A stretch of DNA of 64,000 nucleotides from an uncultured Acidimicrobiaceae bacterium (GTDB lineage Bacteria > Actinomycetota > Acidimicrobiia > Acidimicrobiales > RAAP-2): contig CAVSXF010000007.1 in the NCBI GenBank assembly GCA_963731905.1, positions 2,535,830 to 2,599,829 on the forward strand, written 5' to 3'. Every line of letters begins with the position of its first letter. The first letter of the stretch is position 1. Under the pieces are notes generated by a model. The model ran no database searches, had not been told where the DNA came from, and was given only the letters and a program-made list of their open reading frames with translations. The position numbers and the translations under genes are program-made. Positions 1 through 10,457 of the stretch are shown piece after piece.

Positions 1-778
1 CGTTCACAACTCCGGCATGCGAACACGCCGACAGTACCGACACTCCGCGGCCTCGTACGTGGGTAGCGAGCAATCGCTCGTCGAGGATCAAAGGATCCGG
101 TTCGCATCGGTCGGCGCGGAACGTGAGGTGTCCAACGAGACCTGTCTCGTACTCAGTAACTCGCTCTATCTGGCCGCTGCCGACGAAGAGTCCTGCGACG
201 GGGTGAGGTTCGCTGTTTAGAACGATCCTTCCGCCAGCGGCCGTAATCTCGTCGAACGTGGGCTCGAGTGGTAGCAGGGCAATCGTCCCGGACGGCAGCT
301 GCACGCCCCGCTGATCCGGCCGATCCGGATGAAGGTCGACGATCGGACATTCCCGCCCCGCTTCCGAACGAGCAGCTGCGATCGCTTCGACGACAACGGG
401 GAAGCCGCCGGAGTGGTCGGCGTGCCAGTGCGACAAAAAGACACACTCAATCGAAGCCAATTCAACTCCGAGGCGAGCTGCGTTGTCGAGCCATGTATCT
501 CCGTAGGGGCCAACGTCGAATAACACGCTCCGCTCCTCTTCTCCGCGTCGTCCTCGCAAGAGCACCGAGAACCCGTGACACGCGACGCACAGATGCTCAA
601 ACACACTGACGCCGGGGTGGCCATCGTGATGGCGCGTAGGTGGTATCCGGCGCAACAGGCATGCCATCTCGGGCAGCTGGTCGACTCCTGGGTCAATGCT
701 CGACAGGGTGTCGGTTTCGTTGTCGACCACGACGATCATCTCGAGATGGTCCAGCACGGGAAAGTCATCAACGCTCAT
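1..778 (-). CDS. MBL-fold metallo-hydrolase (partial; C-terminus lies beyond the left window edge)
   Basis: Hand translation of the minus strand from ATG at 778 (GGGAG about 10 nt upstream) stays open to position 1. It contains the HxHxDH metal motif (FLSHWHADHSGG). It is absent from the ORF track because it has no stop inside the window. Confidence 0.7.
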   Translation of the reverse strand, partial: MSVDDFPVLDHLEMIVVVDNETDTLSSIDPGVDQLPEMACLLRRIPPTRHHDGHPGVSVFEHLCVACHGFSVLLRGRRGEEERSVLFDVGPYGDTWLDNAARLGVELASIECVFLSHWHADHSGGFPVVVEAIAAARSEAGRECPIVDLHPDRPDQRGVQLPSGTIALLPLEPTFDEITAAGGRIVLNSEPHPVAGLFVGSGQIERVTEYETGLVGHLTFRADRCEPDPLILDERLLATHVRGRGVSVLSACSHAGVVN

Positions 779-923
779 CGCAGCATGCTCCCTCAGATAG
801 ACGACCGCGTGTCGTGCCAACCACGGCCGCTTCACACCCGCAGCCGGGTACGACAGCTAAGTCATTCGAGAGGCGACCCATAACGCCGGCTTGCGGACGG
901 TATTGGGCGTAGCGTGAAGAGGG

Positions 924-1676
924 ATGCGCAGGTCAGTCGGCGTTGTGCACAACTGGCAGCTCGTTGAGGTAGATGGGGATGCGGCCGTGATGAACGCTGC
1001 GTCGCTCGTGAAGCAGGTCATCGCGCATCTGGCGCTGGAATTCATCGAGGACCTCGATGAACCCGTCTGCGACGACATCACCGTACGCCACGTGCTTACC
1101 CACACCACTGGGCTTCCGAACTGGCGCCCAGATGGACAACCCCTCGAGCCGCTGCGCCCACCTGGCCAGCGCTGGGGCTATTCCGGCGAAGGGTTCGTCC
1201 TACTCCAAACGCACCTCGAACGACGCACCGGTGTGGCGATTGCCACGCTTGCCAGAGACCGAGTCTTCGGACCCCTCCGCATGGATCAAAGCCGTCTCGC
1301 GGATCCTGAACCCGGCTTCCACGGCTACCGGTCGCTTTTGACTACCACCGCCGACTATGGGCGCTTCTTGGCCCATGTTCTCGGGCTCGACGACGCGCGT
1401 TGGCAGCCGCTCTGGCGCATCGATGACGAGCTCGCCTGGGGCGCAGGCTGGGGCATCGAACTTGGTCCACCTGTCCACGGATGGCAATGGGGGCTGAACG
1501 GGCAGGCGAGCAACTTCGTCATCGGTTGCCCGTCGACCGGCAACGGCGTCGTGGTTCTAACGGACGATCCCGAGGGTCGGATCTATTACCGAGCCGTGGT
1601 CCAGCGCGAGCTTCCCGGCGATCACGCGTCCCTCCGCGTCGAGCAGAATCAAACGTGGCTCGACCTGACCATGTAA
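924..1676 (+). CDS. Serine hydrolase, beta-lactamase/transpeptidase-like family
   Basis: 250-aa ORF with an S-x-x-K motif (ASLVKQ), a YSGEG (Y-x-N-like) motif and typical family wording (LTHTTGLP, GYSGEGF). The N-terminus is short for the family. Confidence 0.7.
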   Translation: MRRSVGVVHNWQLVEVDGDAAVMNAASLVKQVIAHLALEFIEDLDEPVCDDITVRHVLTHTTGLPNWRPDGQPLEPLRPPGQRWGYSGEGFVLLQTHLERRTGVAIATLARDRVFGPLRMDQSRLADPEPGFHGYRSLLTTTADYGRFLAHVLGLDDARWQPLWRIDDELAWGAGWGIELGPPVHGWQWGLNGQASNFVIGCPSTGNGVVVLTDDPEGRIYYRAVVQRELPGDHASLRVEQNQTWLDLTM

Positions 1677-1684
1677 GAGGAGTC

Positions 1685-1701
1685 GTGTCCCCGTACGCCG
1701 G
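1685..1701 (-). repeat. Copy 1 (reverse orientation) of the intergenic motif CCGGCGTACGGGG(A)CAC
   Basis: Forward sequence gtgtccccgtacgccgg, 9 nt after the stop at 1676. See the finding on the five-copy motif. Confidence 0.5.
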
Positions 1702-1958
1702 TTCGGGGCGGGGCGTCGGGCGAAGTCACCCTGGAAGGCCCAAACAACATCTTGTGGGCCGCGGAGTTGAAGGGATAGCCCTTTCCGTCCGTGCCCCGCC
1801 TGGGCGTTCCGGGGACGAAAGACGGAGCGGCCTGGATCGTTCTCCTGACGAGGAAATTCGACCTCCTAGACTTCGACCGCGCCCCTGGCGGGCCGGGTCG
1901 GAGCAGGAGACTTTGGAGGGATCACGTGGCCAGCACCGAACACGCGCGGCACCAGGCA

Positions 1959-2756
1959 ATGCGGGTCTGGCAGACGCCGCGCACGTTCTCCAACTGGGCC
2001 ACGGTCCTCGCCGACATGGCTCGCGAGAAGGTCGGGCGCGGGCCTGAGACGCTGACCTTCAACACCCGGGCGGGACTGGTGATCGAGTGCCCGAACCGGG
2101 CGGGGGCGCGGGTCCCGATCTACGAGATCTTCGCCGAGGACAGCTACCACTTCGACTGGTTTCTCGGGCCACTGACCGGTCGGCCCCTCCAGGTGCTCGA
2201 TGTCGGAGGCCAGATCGGAACGTTCGCCTGCCGGCTGGCTCAGCTGGAGCCCAAGGCAACGATCCGCACCTACGAGCCCTCTCCGACAAGCGCGTCCGTG
2301 CTGCGGGGCAACGTGGAGAGGAACGGCTTCGGTGACCGCATCACCGTGGTCGAAGAGGCGCTCGCCGCGAGCGTCGGCACCGCGGAGCTCGATGACAACG
2401 AAGGCGGCAGCGGCACGAACAGTCTCGTCGGCGCGCAGGGCAGCAGCGGTGCGACGATCACCGTGGCCACGACGACATTCGACGCGGCGGTGGCTGCGTT
2501 GCCGGGTCCACCAAACGTCGTGAAGATCGATTGCGAGGGCGGCGAGTACGACTTGGTGGCGGCGTCCTCCCCCGAGAATTGGGCGTCGGTGGAGCGACTG
2601 GTTATCGAATACCACAACGTCCCCGGCCACTCGTGGCACGAGCTGCGGACCTGGTTCGAAGGTGTCGGGTTGTCTGTCCAGCACGAGGAGCCCCTCGGCG
2701 AGGGCCTCGGCGTCGTGTGGCTGTCACGGGAGCCGCTGGCGCTTCTCGCGGCCTGA
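1959..2756 (+). CDS. FkbM-family SAM-dependent methyltransferase
   Basis: ORF 1791-2756. The conserved part starts at the internal ATG at 1959. Motifs VLDVGGQIGTF (SAM-binding glycine loop) and KIDCEGGEYDL are typical of FkbM-type methyltransferases. Confidence 0.75.
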   Translation: MRVWQTPRTFSNWATVLADMAREKVGRGPETLTFNTRAGLVIECPNRAGARVPIYEIFAEDSYHFDWFLGPLTGRPLQVLDVGGQIGTFACRLAQLEPKATIRTYEPSPTSASVLRGNVERNGFGDRITVVEEALAASVGTAELDDNEGGSGTNSLVGAQGSSGATITVATTTFDAAVAALPGPPNVVKIDCEGGEYDLVAASSPENWASVERLVIEYHNVPGHSWHELRTWFEGVGLSVQHEEPLGEGLGVVWLSREPLALLAA

Positions 2757-3054
2757 CGGTCTCGGTTCGGGCAGCGACTCCGAATTCTTCCCAGCGTCGA
2801 GGAGGTCCGAGGGCGGGATGGTCCACCTCCTGTCGCCGGCGACGACCACCATGTGAACGGCGCTCGGTTCATCAACTTTCGGGCAACGCACCTAGGTTCA
2901 CCTGGTCTTATGAGGACGACCGGTCTCGGATGGGCAACGGCGGTCCGGTGGGTATAGGTCGTCTCGAAGCAACCGAAAAAGGACAGGCGGGAACCCCCGA
3001 AGGGCTGCCGCTATGCCCGTGTTATCTAGGTATGCCTAAGTGCGGGGGGCAGCA

Positions 3055-4683
3055 GTGAAAAAGAGATCGGCGGGGCTGTTCGGGGTCCTGGTTTTGTCCC
3101 TTCTCGCGACCGCGTGCGGCGCCCGAGTCTCTCCGTATCTCGGGGCCTCGGGGGGCGGCACGGAAGCGAACGGAATTGCACAGGCCGCAGGGAGCGCGAC
3201 CACCGTGCCGTGCTCGACGACCTCGACGGCGGCGGCCGGGGCGACGACGACCACCACAACGTCCAAGTCAAAAGCGAAGTCGACTGCTGCATCGTCCACG
3301 ACGACCACGAGCACCTCCGCGCCGTGCTACTCCCCCGCTCAGGCGCTGGGCGGTTCTGGAGGCTCGGTCGGGCTCGGGGTCGGGGGTCCGCACGGCGAGC
3401 AGCGCTGCCGCCGCGGCAAGTACTGCGGGGGGCGCCACGAGTGCGCCGGCGACGTCGGCGACAGCGACCTCAGCCGGGTTCAACTTCGCCCCTGCCGCCG
3501 AGGCGGCATTGTGCACCGGCACGTCGGGCAACACGGCGTCGGATACGGGGGTCACGCCGACGTCGATCACCTTCGGCAACGTGAGCGGGATGACCGGGCC
3601 GCTCACGGGGTCGTTCCCACAGGGACCGCAGGCCGTACAGGCGCTGTTCGCCGCCGTCAACGCTGCAGGCGGGATCTGCGGGCGCAAGCTCTCGCTCGAC
3701 GTGGAGGACGACGGGCAGAACTCCTCGACCAACGCGGCCGACGTCGCCGACCTGAGCCCGAAGGTGATGGCCTTCGTGGGGTCGACCTCTGACGGGGACA
3801 ACGGGGGCGTGCCCAACATGACCTCGGCCAACGTCCCCGACGTCGGGTTCGCCATCAACTGCAACCGCTCCGAGTCGCCGACGTACTGGTCCCCCGCCGG
3901 CGGCAGTTGCAACCAGACTCCGCCCGGCGGCCCCTATTACATCTCCGACGGCATCTACCGGCTGGCCAAGCAGTCCGGGCTACCTGCCGACGAAGATGGC
4001 GTTCCTCTCCTATTCGATCGCCATCAGCGCACAGGCGGCCGAGCAGTTCGAGAAGGTGTACTCCGAAGAGGGCGGCACCGTCTGCTACACCGACTTCTCC
4101 GTGTCTCCCGCCTCGGCCTCGCTCGAGAGCGACGTGGCGGCGATGCAGCAGCACGGCTGCAACGGCGTCATCGACACCATGGACGTCACCGGCAACGCCA
4201 AGATGCTGCAGGCGATGCAGCAACAGCAGTACATCCCCGGCTACGTCGCTGCCACGTTCGACGCCTACACACCGGACATGATCCAGGTCGCGGGCGCATC
4301 GGCCGCCCAGGGCCTGATCGTGGGGCTCCCGTTCATCCCGCTGAACGAGAACCAGACGATGGTCCAGATGTACCAGCAGCAGCTCGCGACCTACGAGCCC
4401 GGCGACTCCCCGAGCGGCTTCGGCTTCCTCGCCTGGGAAGCGGGACAGATGCTGATCTACGCCTTGATCCAGAGCGGGCACAACCCGACCAGGGCGAACG
4501 TCGTCAAGGTGTTCAACTCACTGCAGAACTGGAACGGCGGTGGCGCACTCGGTGGCTACACCCCGAGCTGCGCACGGCACGTACAACTGCGACGTGGACG
4601 TGCAGATCAAGGGGAACGGGTTCGTCCGCAAGGCACCGGCCTCCGGGCTTTTCTGCGGCGGGCAGCCGACGCAGGCCTCCTAG
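3055..4683 (+). pseudogene. ABC transporter substrate-binding lipoprotein, branched-chain amino-acid (LivJ/K-like) type; frame interrupted at least 3 times
   Basis: GTG at 3055 follows GGGGGG. There is a lipobox LLATAC and a Thr/Ser/Ala-rich linker. The conserved body is spread over three frames (ORFs 3040, 3176, 3996), and the last about 120 nt return to frame 1, ending QPTQAS-stop at 4683. It sits immediately upstream of livHMGF. Confidence 0.7.
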
Positions 4684-5600
4684 ATGAGCGCATACTGGCC
4701 GTTCATCGTCATCGGCATCTTCACCGGCGGCCTCTACGGGCTGGCCGCGATGGGGATGGTCCTCACCTACAAGACGGTCGGCGTCTTCAACTTCGCCTAC
4801 GGCGCCATCGCGATGTTCTGCGCCTTCACCTACTGGCAGCTCCACGACCAGTGGGGCCTCAGCGCCTGGGTGGCCATGCCCATCCTCTTCCTCATCGTGG
4901 CGCCGGTGATCGGCGTGATCCTCGAAGGGCTGTTCCGGCCGCTGAGCGGCGCGGCAATCGAGGTCGTGATCGTCGTCTCGCTCGGCGTGCTGGCCGCCCT
5001 GAGCGCGGCGGCCGGCCTGATCTGGCCTCAGGACGAGCACCTGCAGGCGATCTTCCCGATCTCGACGTTCCGCCTGGGCTCGCACGCTGCACGTCGGGTA
5101 CGACCAGCTGGGCACGCTCCTCATCTCCTGTCGATGGCGGCCGTGTTGTGGGGGCTGCTGCGGCACACCCGCTTCGGCACGCAGACGCGGGCCGTCGTCG
5201 ACAACCCCGACCTCTCGGACATGATCGGCGTCCACGGCGACAACGTGCGCCGCGTGGCCTGGATCCTCTCCTCGGTCTTCGCCGCACTGGTCGGGCATCC
5301 TCATCAGCCCGTCCCAGGGTCTCGACGTGAACCAGCTGGTGCTGGTGGTGATCTACGCGTTCGCGCCGGCCGTGCTCGGGATCCTCTTCGGGCTGCCGGC
5401 GGCCTACCTCGGCGGCCTCGGGCTCGGGATCGCGGTCAGCGTGATGTCGAAGTGGTCCAACTCGGGGACCGTGGCCAACCTCGAGGCGGCGCTCCCCTAC
5501 CTCGCTGCTCTTCATTCTGCTGGTCGTGTTCGGGACACGGCTCAAGACGGCGGGCTCGGGCGCCGTGGCCCAACGGCTGTCCGCGTTGCGCTCCGTCGGA
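4684..5600 (+). pseudogene. livH: Branched-chain amino-acid ABC transporter permease (LivH-like); frame interrupted several times
   Basis: ATG at 4684 directly follows the SBP stop. Hydrophobic LivH-like sequence (YGLAAMGMVLTYKTVGVFNFAYGA, RFGTQTRAVVDNPDLSDMIGV). The continuation is found in other frames (TLHVGYDQLGTLLIS; ILISPSQGLDVNQLVLVVIYAFAPAVLG). The 3' end is approximate. Confidence 0.7.
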
Positions 5601-5604
5601 GACG

Positions 5605-6660
5605 GTGCGGCGGCTGCGGTGGTCGGTCGGGTCGCTCCGGATCGAGCGCGGGCTGGCGGTCGGGCTCGGCGGCTTCGTGCTGGCCCTGCTGGTGCCGCTG
5701 GCGTTCCCGGGCCCCAAGCTCGACTTCCTGACGCAGGGGTTCATCTACGCGGTGATCGCGCTGACGCTGGTGGTGCTCACCGGGTGGGCGGGGCAGATCT
5801 CGCTGGCCCAGTTCTCCTTCGTCGGCGTGGGCGCCTTCACCGCCGGGCACCTGGCCGGCGCGCACGGGCAGCACTTCCTCTTCGCCGTGCTGATGGGCAT
5901 GCTGTTCGCGGCGCCGCTCGGGATCATCGTCGGCCTGGTCTCGCTGCGGCTGTCGGGGCTCTACCTCGCCCTGGCCACGCTGGCCTTCGCGTTGGTGATG
6001 GACAACGTCGTCTTCAACCGCAGCGACGTGAGCGGCGGCCAGACCGGGATCACGGTGCCCCGTCCGCACTTCTTCGGGATGTCCTTCACCGGCCGGGCCG
6101 CCATGTACGAGCTGGCCGTCGTCGTGTTCGGCGCTGGTCGCGATCGTGGCCTACGCGCTGCGCCAGGGCCCCATCGGACGGCGGCTGCACATCGTGCGGG
6201 ACTCCCCGCTGGCCGCGTCGACCCTGGGGGTCAACCTGACCGTCACCAAGATCGTCGTCTTCGTCGTCGGCGCCATGGTGGCCGCGCTCGGCGGCTCGCT
6301 CTACGGCGCCTGGCAACAGGCGATCACGCCGCAGGACTTCATGTGGTCCGCATCGCTCGCGCTGCTGCTCGTCGTCGTGCTGGGCGGGCGCTCGCTCATC
6401 TGCGGGCGCCGTGATCGCCGGGGTGGTCTACGTGATCCCGCTCGCTGCCGCAGATCCCGACCAAGATCAAGGAGCTCATCCCGCTGCTCGTGGCGCTCGG
6501 CGTGATCGGCCTGGCCCAGGAGCCCGAGGGCACGGTGGCGCTGGCGCGGCGCCAGACGCGCTACGTCCTGGGCGTCCTGCGCCCGCTGCCGCGGCGCACG
6601 CCACGGGCGCCCGGAGTCCGAGCGCCGGCGTACACGTCGGAACCGGGAAGGTCGTGCCGG
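5605..6660 (+). pseudogene. livM: Branched-chain amino-acid ABC transporter permease (LivM-like); frame interrupted at least 3 times
   Basis: Conserved LivM-like stretch (LTGWAGQISLAQFSFVGVGAFTAGHLAG, GLVSLRLSGLYLALATLAFA, RDSPLAASTLGVNLTVTKIVVFVVGAMVAALGGSLYG) assembled from ORFs 4684 (frame 1), 6146 and 6490. Both ends are approximate. Confidence 0.65.
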
Positions 6661-6663
6661 GCC

Positions 6664-7471
6664 ATGTCCGATAGCGCCGTGACGATGCCCGACGCCGGCC
6701 GTCCGACGCCGCCAGTGCCGTTCTGGCGGCCGAGGGGATCTCGGTGCAGTTCGGCGGCCTGAGCGCGCTGGACAACGTGACGTCTCGACGTGCCGCCGGG
6801 CCGGATCGTCGGTCTCATCGGCCCGAACGGCGCCGGCAAGACGACGATGTTCAACGTGCTCACCGGACTGCAGGAGGCCGAGCACGGGCCGCGTGCTCTT
6901 CGGGGGCGCACGACGTCTCGCGCTGGCCGCGCGCACCGGCGGGGCCGGGCCGGCATGGCCCGCACGTTCCAGCGCCTGGCGCTCTTCACCCGCATGACCG
7001 TGCACGACAACCTGGTGGCGTCGTGGGAGTCCTCGCACCGCGGCGGGGTGCTCGGGCGGGGCCGTCAGCAGCGCCGGCGCACGGGTGCGACGACGTCATG
7101 GACCTGCTCGACCTGTGGCCGCTGGCGGACCGGCTGGCCGGCGAGCTCTCGACCGGGCCAGGGCCGCATGGTCGAGCTGGGGCGGGCACTGTGCACCGAC
7201 CCACGGCTGCTCCTCCTCGACGAGCCGGGCTCGGGCCTCGACGCCCAGGAGACGGCGACCTTCAGCGCGATCCTCCGGACGGTGACGTCTCGGGTCGACG
7301 CTGCCGCCGGCCGTCCTGCTGGTCGAGCACGACATGGCGCTCGTCATGGACGTCTGCGCCGATCTCACCGTGCTCGACTTCGGCAAGGTCATCGCGCGGG
7401 GCACGCCCGACGAGATCCGAACGAACGAGCTCGTGCGGGCCGCCTACCTGGGAGACGCCAGTGTCGTCTGA
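6664..7471 (+). pseudogene. livG: Branched-chain amino-acid ABC transporter ATP-binding protein (LivG-like); at least 5 frame changes
   Basis: Walker A GPNGAGKTTMFN, signature LSTGQGRMVELGRAL and Walker B LLLLDEPGSGLD. The C-terminus GKVIARGTPDEIRTNELVRAAYLGDASVV ends with a stop at 7469-7471. The pieces lie in all three forward frames. Confidence 0.75.
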
Positions 7472-8197
7472 CGCCGCCCTCGAGATCCGAGGCCTGCGCG
7501 TCGCCTACGGAGGCGTGCGCGCGCTGCACGACGTGTCGCTTACCGTGCCGCGTGGCGCCGTGGTGGCCCTGCTCGGTCCGAACGGCGCCGGCAAGAGCAC
7601 GACCCTGCGCACGGTCTCGGGTGTGATGCGGGCGGAGACGCGGCACGATCACGTCGTTCGGCCGCCGGATCGACCGGATGCCGGCCTACCGGATCGCCCG
7701 CATGGGCGTCGTCCACGTGCCCGAGGGCCGGGGCATCTTCCCGAGCCTCGACGTGCGCGAGAACCTCGAGATGGCGGCCGATGGGACGCACGGGCGCGGG
7801 AACGGGGCGGACAGTGGCGGGAGCGCGATCGACGAGGCGACCGAGATGTTCCCGGTCCTCGGCAACCGCCTGCGCCAGACGGCCGGCAGCCTCTCGGGCG
7901 GCGAGCAGCAGATGTTGGCTCTGGCCCGGGCGATCATGGCCCGGCCCCGGCTGCTGATGGTCGACGAGATCTCCATGGGCCTGGCGCCGATCGTCGTCGG
8001 ACACCTCTTCGAGGCCCTCCGCAAGATCGCCGCGACGGGTGCCAGCCTGCTGCTCGTTGAGCAGTACGTGGAGACGGCGCTCGAGCTGGCCGACTACGTC
8101 TACGTCATGGACAAGGGCGTCATCGTCGACGTCGGCGAGCCCAACGACATGCGTGTCCAGCAACCTGGCTGCGGCGTACCTGGGTGGCGCGGCATGA
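7461..8197 (+). pseudogene. livF: Branched-chain amino-acid ABC transporter ATP-binding protein (LivF-like); at least 2 frame changes
   Basis: GTG at 7461 overlaps the livG end. Walker A GPNGAGKSTTL, signature LSGGEQQMLALARA and Walker B LLMVDEISMGLAP. The expected C-terminus QQLAAAYLGGAA-stop (8195-8197) is reached only after removing one C at 8164-8165. Confidence 0.75.
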
Positions 8198-8233
8198 CCA
8201 GGGGGGCCCGGAGCGCGGCGCGACGGATGGGCG

Positions 8234-9700
8234 GTGCGCCGCTGGCTGCCGGCACTGGCCCTGCCGCCGCTGATCGGTGCGGTCGCGATGGGCCCGCTGG
8301 CCGCGTCGGGCGGCGCCGACACCTCGCTCGTGGGGTACAACGCCTCGGCGTTGGCCATCGGCGCGCAGTTCGCCTTCAACGTGCCGGGCGTGGTGCCCCT
8401 GCCCAACGAGAACCTCATCGAGGATGACGTGCCTTTCGCCCGCGTCACGCTCGGCGCCGGTCCGGTCGTCGATTCCATCGGCGCGCCCTACTACCCGGGC
8501 GACATCGCGGCCAACCTGGGGACCCTGCTTCAGACGTTCGGCGCACCGGCCCTCCCGCTGAACGACCCGCTGCTGGCGGAGAGCAAGTACCCGACCTCGC
8601 CGGGCTACGCCGCCAACGTGACCTTCCCCAAGGGTGCCCCGAGCCGGTCCGGTGCAGGTCGCCCAGGGCACCGCCACGACCTCGACCGGGGGCGGGACGC
8701 CAGCCGGCACGGTCACCAACCTGTCGCTGGCCAACCTGCTCAGCCTCGGCAAGCTGCCGGTCATCGGCGGCGTGCTCTCGTCGACCTCGGGCAGCCCCAT
8801 CGACGTCGGGAACATCAGCGCCACCAACAACGTCGTTGTCGGCAACTCGTGCGATCACGTCGACCGCCACCTCGACCCTGGGCGCGATCGACATCGCGGG
8901 CCTCGTCGACATCGCGGGCCTGACGTCGACGGCAGTCGCGAAGTCCGACGGGACGACGGGTACGCCGACAGCAACGGTGCATCTCGGCGATGTAACGGTC
9001 GACGGCACGGCGGCGTACATCGACGACACCGGCGTGCACATCGCCAAGAACGCGAACCCGCCCGTCGGCATCACGCTGGCGCAGCTCCAGCAGACCGTCA
9101 ACTCCACGCTCGGACAGGACGGCGTCAACATCCGGCTCCTCGACCCGCAGCAGACGTCGAGCGGCGCACAGGCGTCGGCCAACTCGGGGGGGTTGGTGAT
9201 CTCGTTGACCCACCAGTTCGCAGTCCCCTTCATCCCGGGAGAGCCGACGCATCCCGATCCCCGAGCTGGGCAACGTCGGGCTGCCGGCGGGCGACTACAC
9301 GATGACGACGTCGATCACCTTCGGGCTGGCCCAGGCCAGCGTCAACGCCTCGGCCCCGGTGCCCAGCACGGGCACGACCGGGAACACGGGTGCCAGCGCC
9401 TCGACGAACCCGTCGACCCTGGGGACGCCCGGGACAACCGGGGTCACGGGCAACACGGGATTCGGCTCGTTCGGCTCGCAAGGTCTGGCGCAGAGCCTGG
9501 CGGCGCCGACGACGGGTACCACAGGTGGCGAGCGCACGCCGCACGCCGTGCCGACGAACGCCACCGCGTTCCCGATCAGCGGCATCCCGCCCCCAGTGGG
9601 CTGGACCGTGACCGCGTTACTGGCGTGTGCACTGCTCGCCTACCCGCTCTTGTTGCTGGCGCGCTGGCAGTTCGCCCCGGCCGGAAGGAGACGACCATGA
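8234..9700 (+). pseudogene. Large secreted hypothetical protein with a C-terminal transmembrane anchor; about 3 frame changes
   Basis: N-terminal signal-like segment (LPALALPPLIGAVAMGPLAASG). Non-repetitive Thr/Gly-rich body stitched from ORFs 8234, 8634, 8836 and 9302. C-terminal TM (WTVTALLACALLAYPLLLLA) followed by a basic tail. No family recognised. Confidence 0.45.
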
Positions 9701-9796
9701 CGATCGACGTGGAAAATCAACTCGACGACATCTTCCGCGAGGGGATGTCGGCACCCGCCGACAGCCCCGGGAACGCTGTACCCCGAGGCCGGACCG

Positions 9797-10429
9797 GTGT
9801 CGGGGGACGGTGACCGCCGGGACGACGAGGGCGGCGGCGGGGGCGGTGGGCACACCAGGATGGCGCGCTGGGCGGAGAAGTACGACGTCCGCAACAGCTG
9901 GCAGGTGATCGCCGGGGCGATCCTCATCCCGCTCGGCGTCGTGTTCATCCTGCTGGGGTGGTACGGGGCGGCGCATGCCCGGGTGGTGCAGCAGCAGATC
10001 CCTTACATGGTGTCGGGCTCGTTCATCGGGCTCGGCTGCATGATCGTCGGGGGGCTGTTGTTCTGGGGGCACTGGCTGTACCGGATCTACGACCAGGCCG
10101 ACCTGCACCACGAGGAGCAGCAGCGGGTGCTCGAGACCATCGCGGCGGCCTTGTTGGCGCAACGGGGTGACGGCACCGGTGCAGTGGCCGGCGCCGGTCC
10201 GGCGGCTTCCCTGGGCTCGTCGGCGGGCGTCGCAGGGGCGGGGGCAGGGGCTGCGGCGGCTACAGGCGAACGGGGGCCGACGACGTACTACGCGACGACG
10301 TCGGGGACGGTGTACCACCGGGCGGACTGCGCGGTCATCGCACACCACCCAGAGGACCTCCGTGTCCTGGGGCCGGACGGGATCGCAGACATGCGCGCGT
10401 GCCAGATCTGCTCGCCGGGAGCAGGCTGA
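9797..10429 (+). CDS. Two-TM membrane protein with a C-terminal Ada-like Cys motif (YHRADC...CQICSP)
   Basis: 210-aa ORF with two clear hydrophobic helices, then a Gly/Ala linker and a YHxxxC...CxxC tail. The true start is uncertain: ATG at 9860, or ATG at 9698 if one frameshift is repaired. Confidence 0.55.
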   Translation: MSGDGDRRDDEGGGGGGGHTRMARWAEKYDVRNSWQVIAGAILIPLGVVFILLGWYGAAHARVVQQQIPYMVSGSFIGLGCMIVGGLLFWGHWLYRIYDQADLHHEEQQRVLETIAAALLAQRGDGTGAVAGAGPAASLGSSAGVAGAGAGAAAATGERGPTTYYATTSGTVYHRADCAVIAHHPEDLRVLGPDGIADMRACQICSPGAG

Positions 10430-10457
10430 CTCGTTCGTCGGGGCGTATCGTCCGCTC

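Noticed and set aside
3055-8197. The frame changes in the liv genes might be programmed ribosomal frameshifting or recoding.
   Set aside because: There are far too many sites per gene. They run in both directions, have no shared slippery heptamer or downstream structure, and the same kind of lesion occurs in unrelated genes elsewhere in the window.
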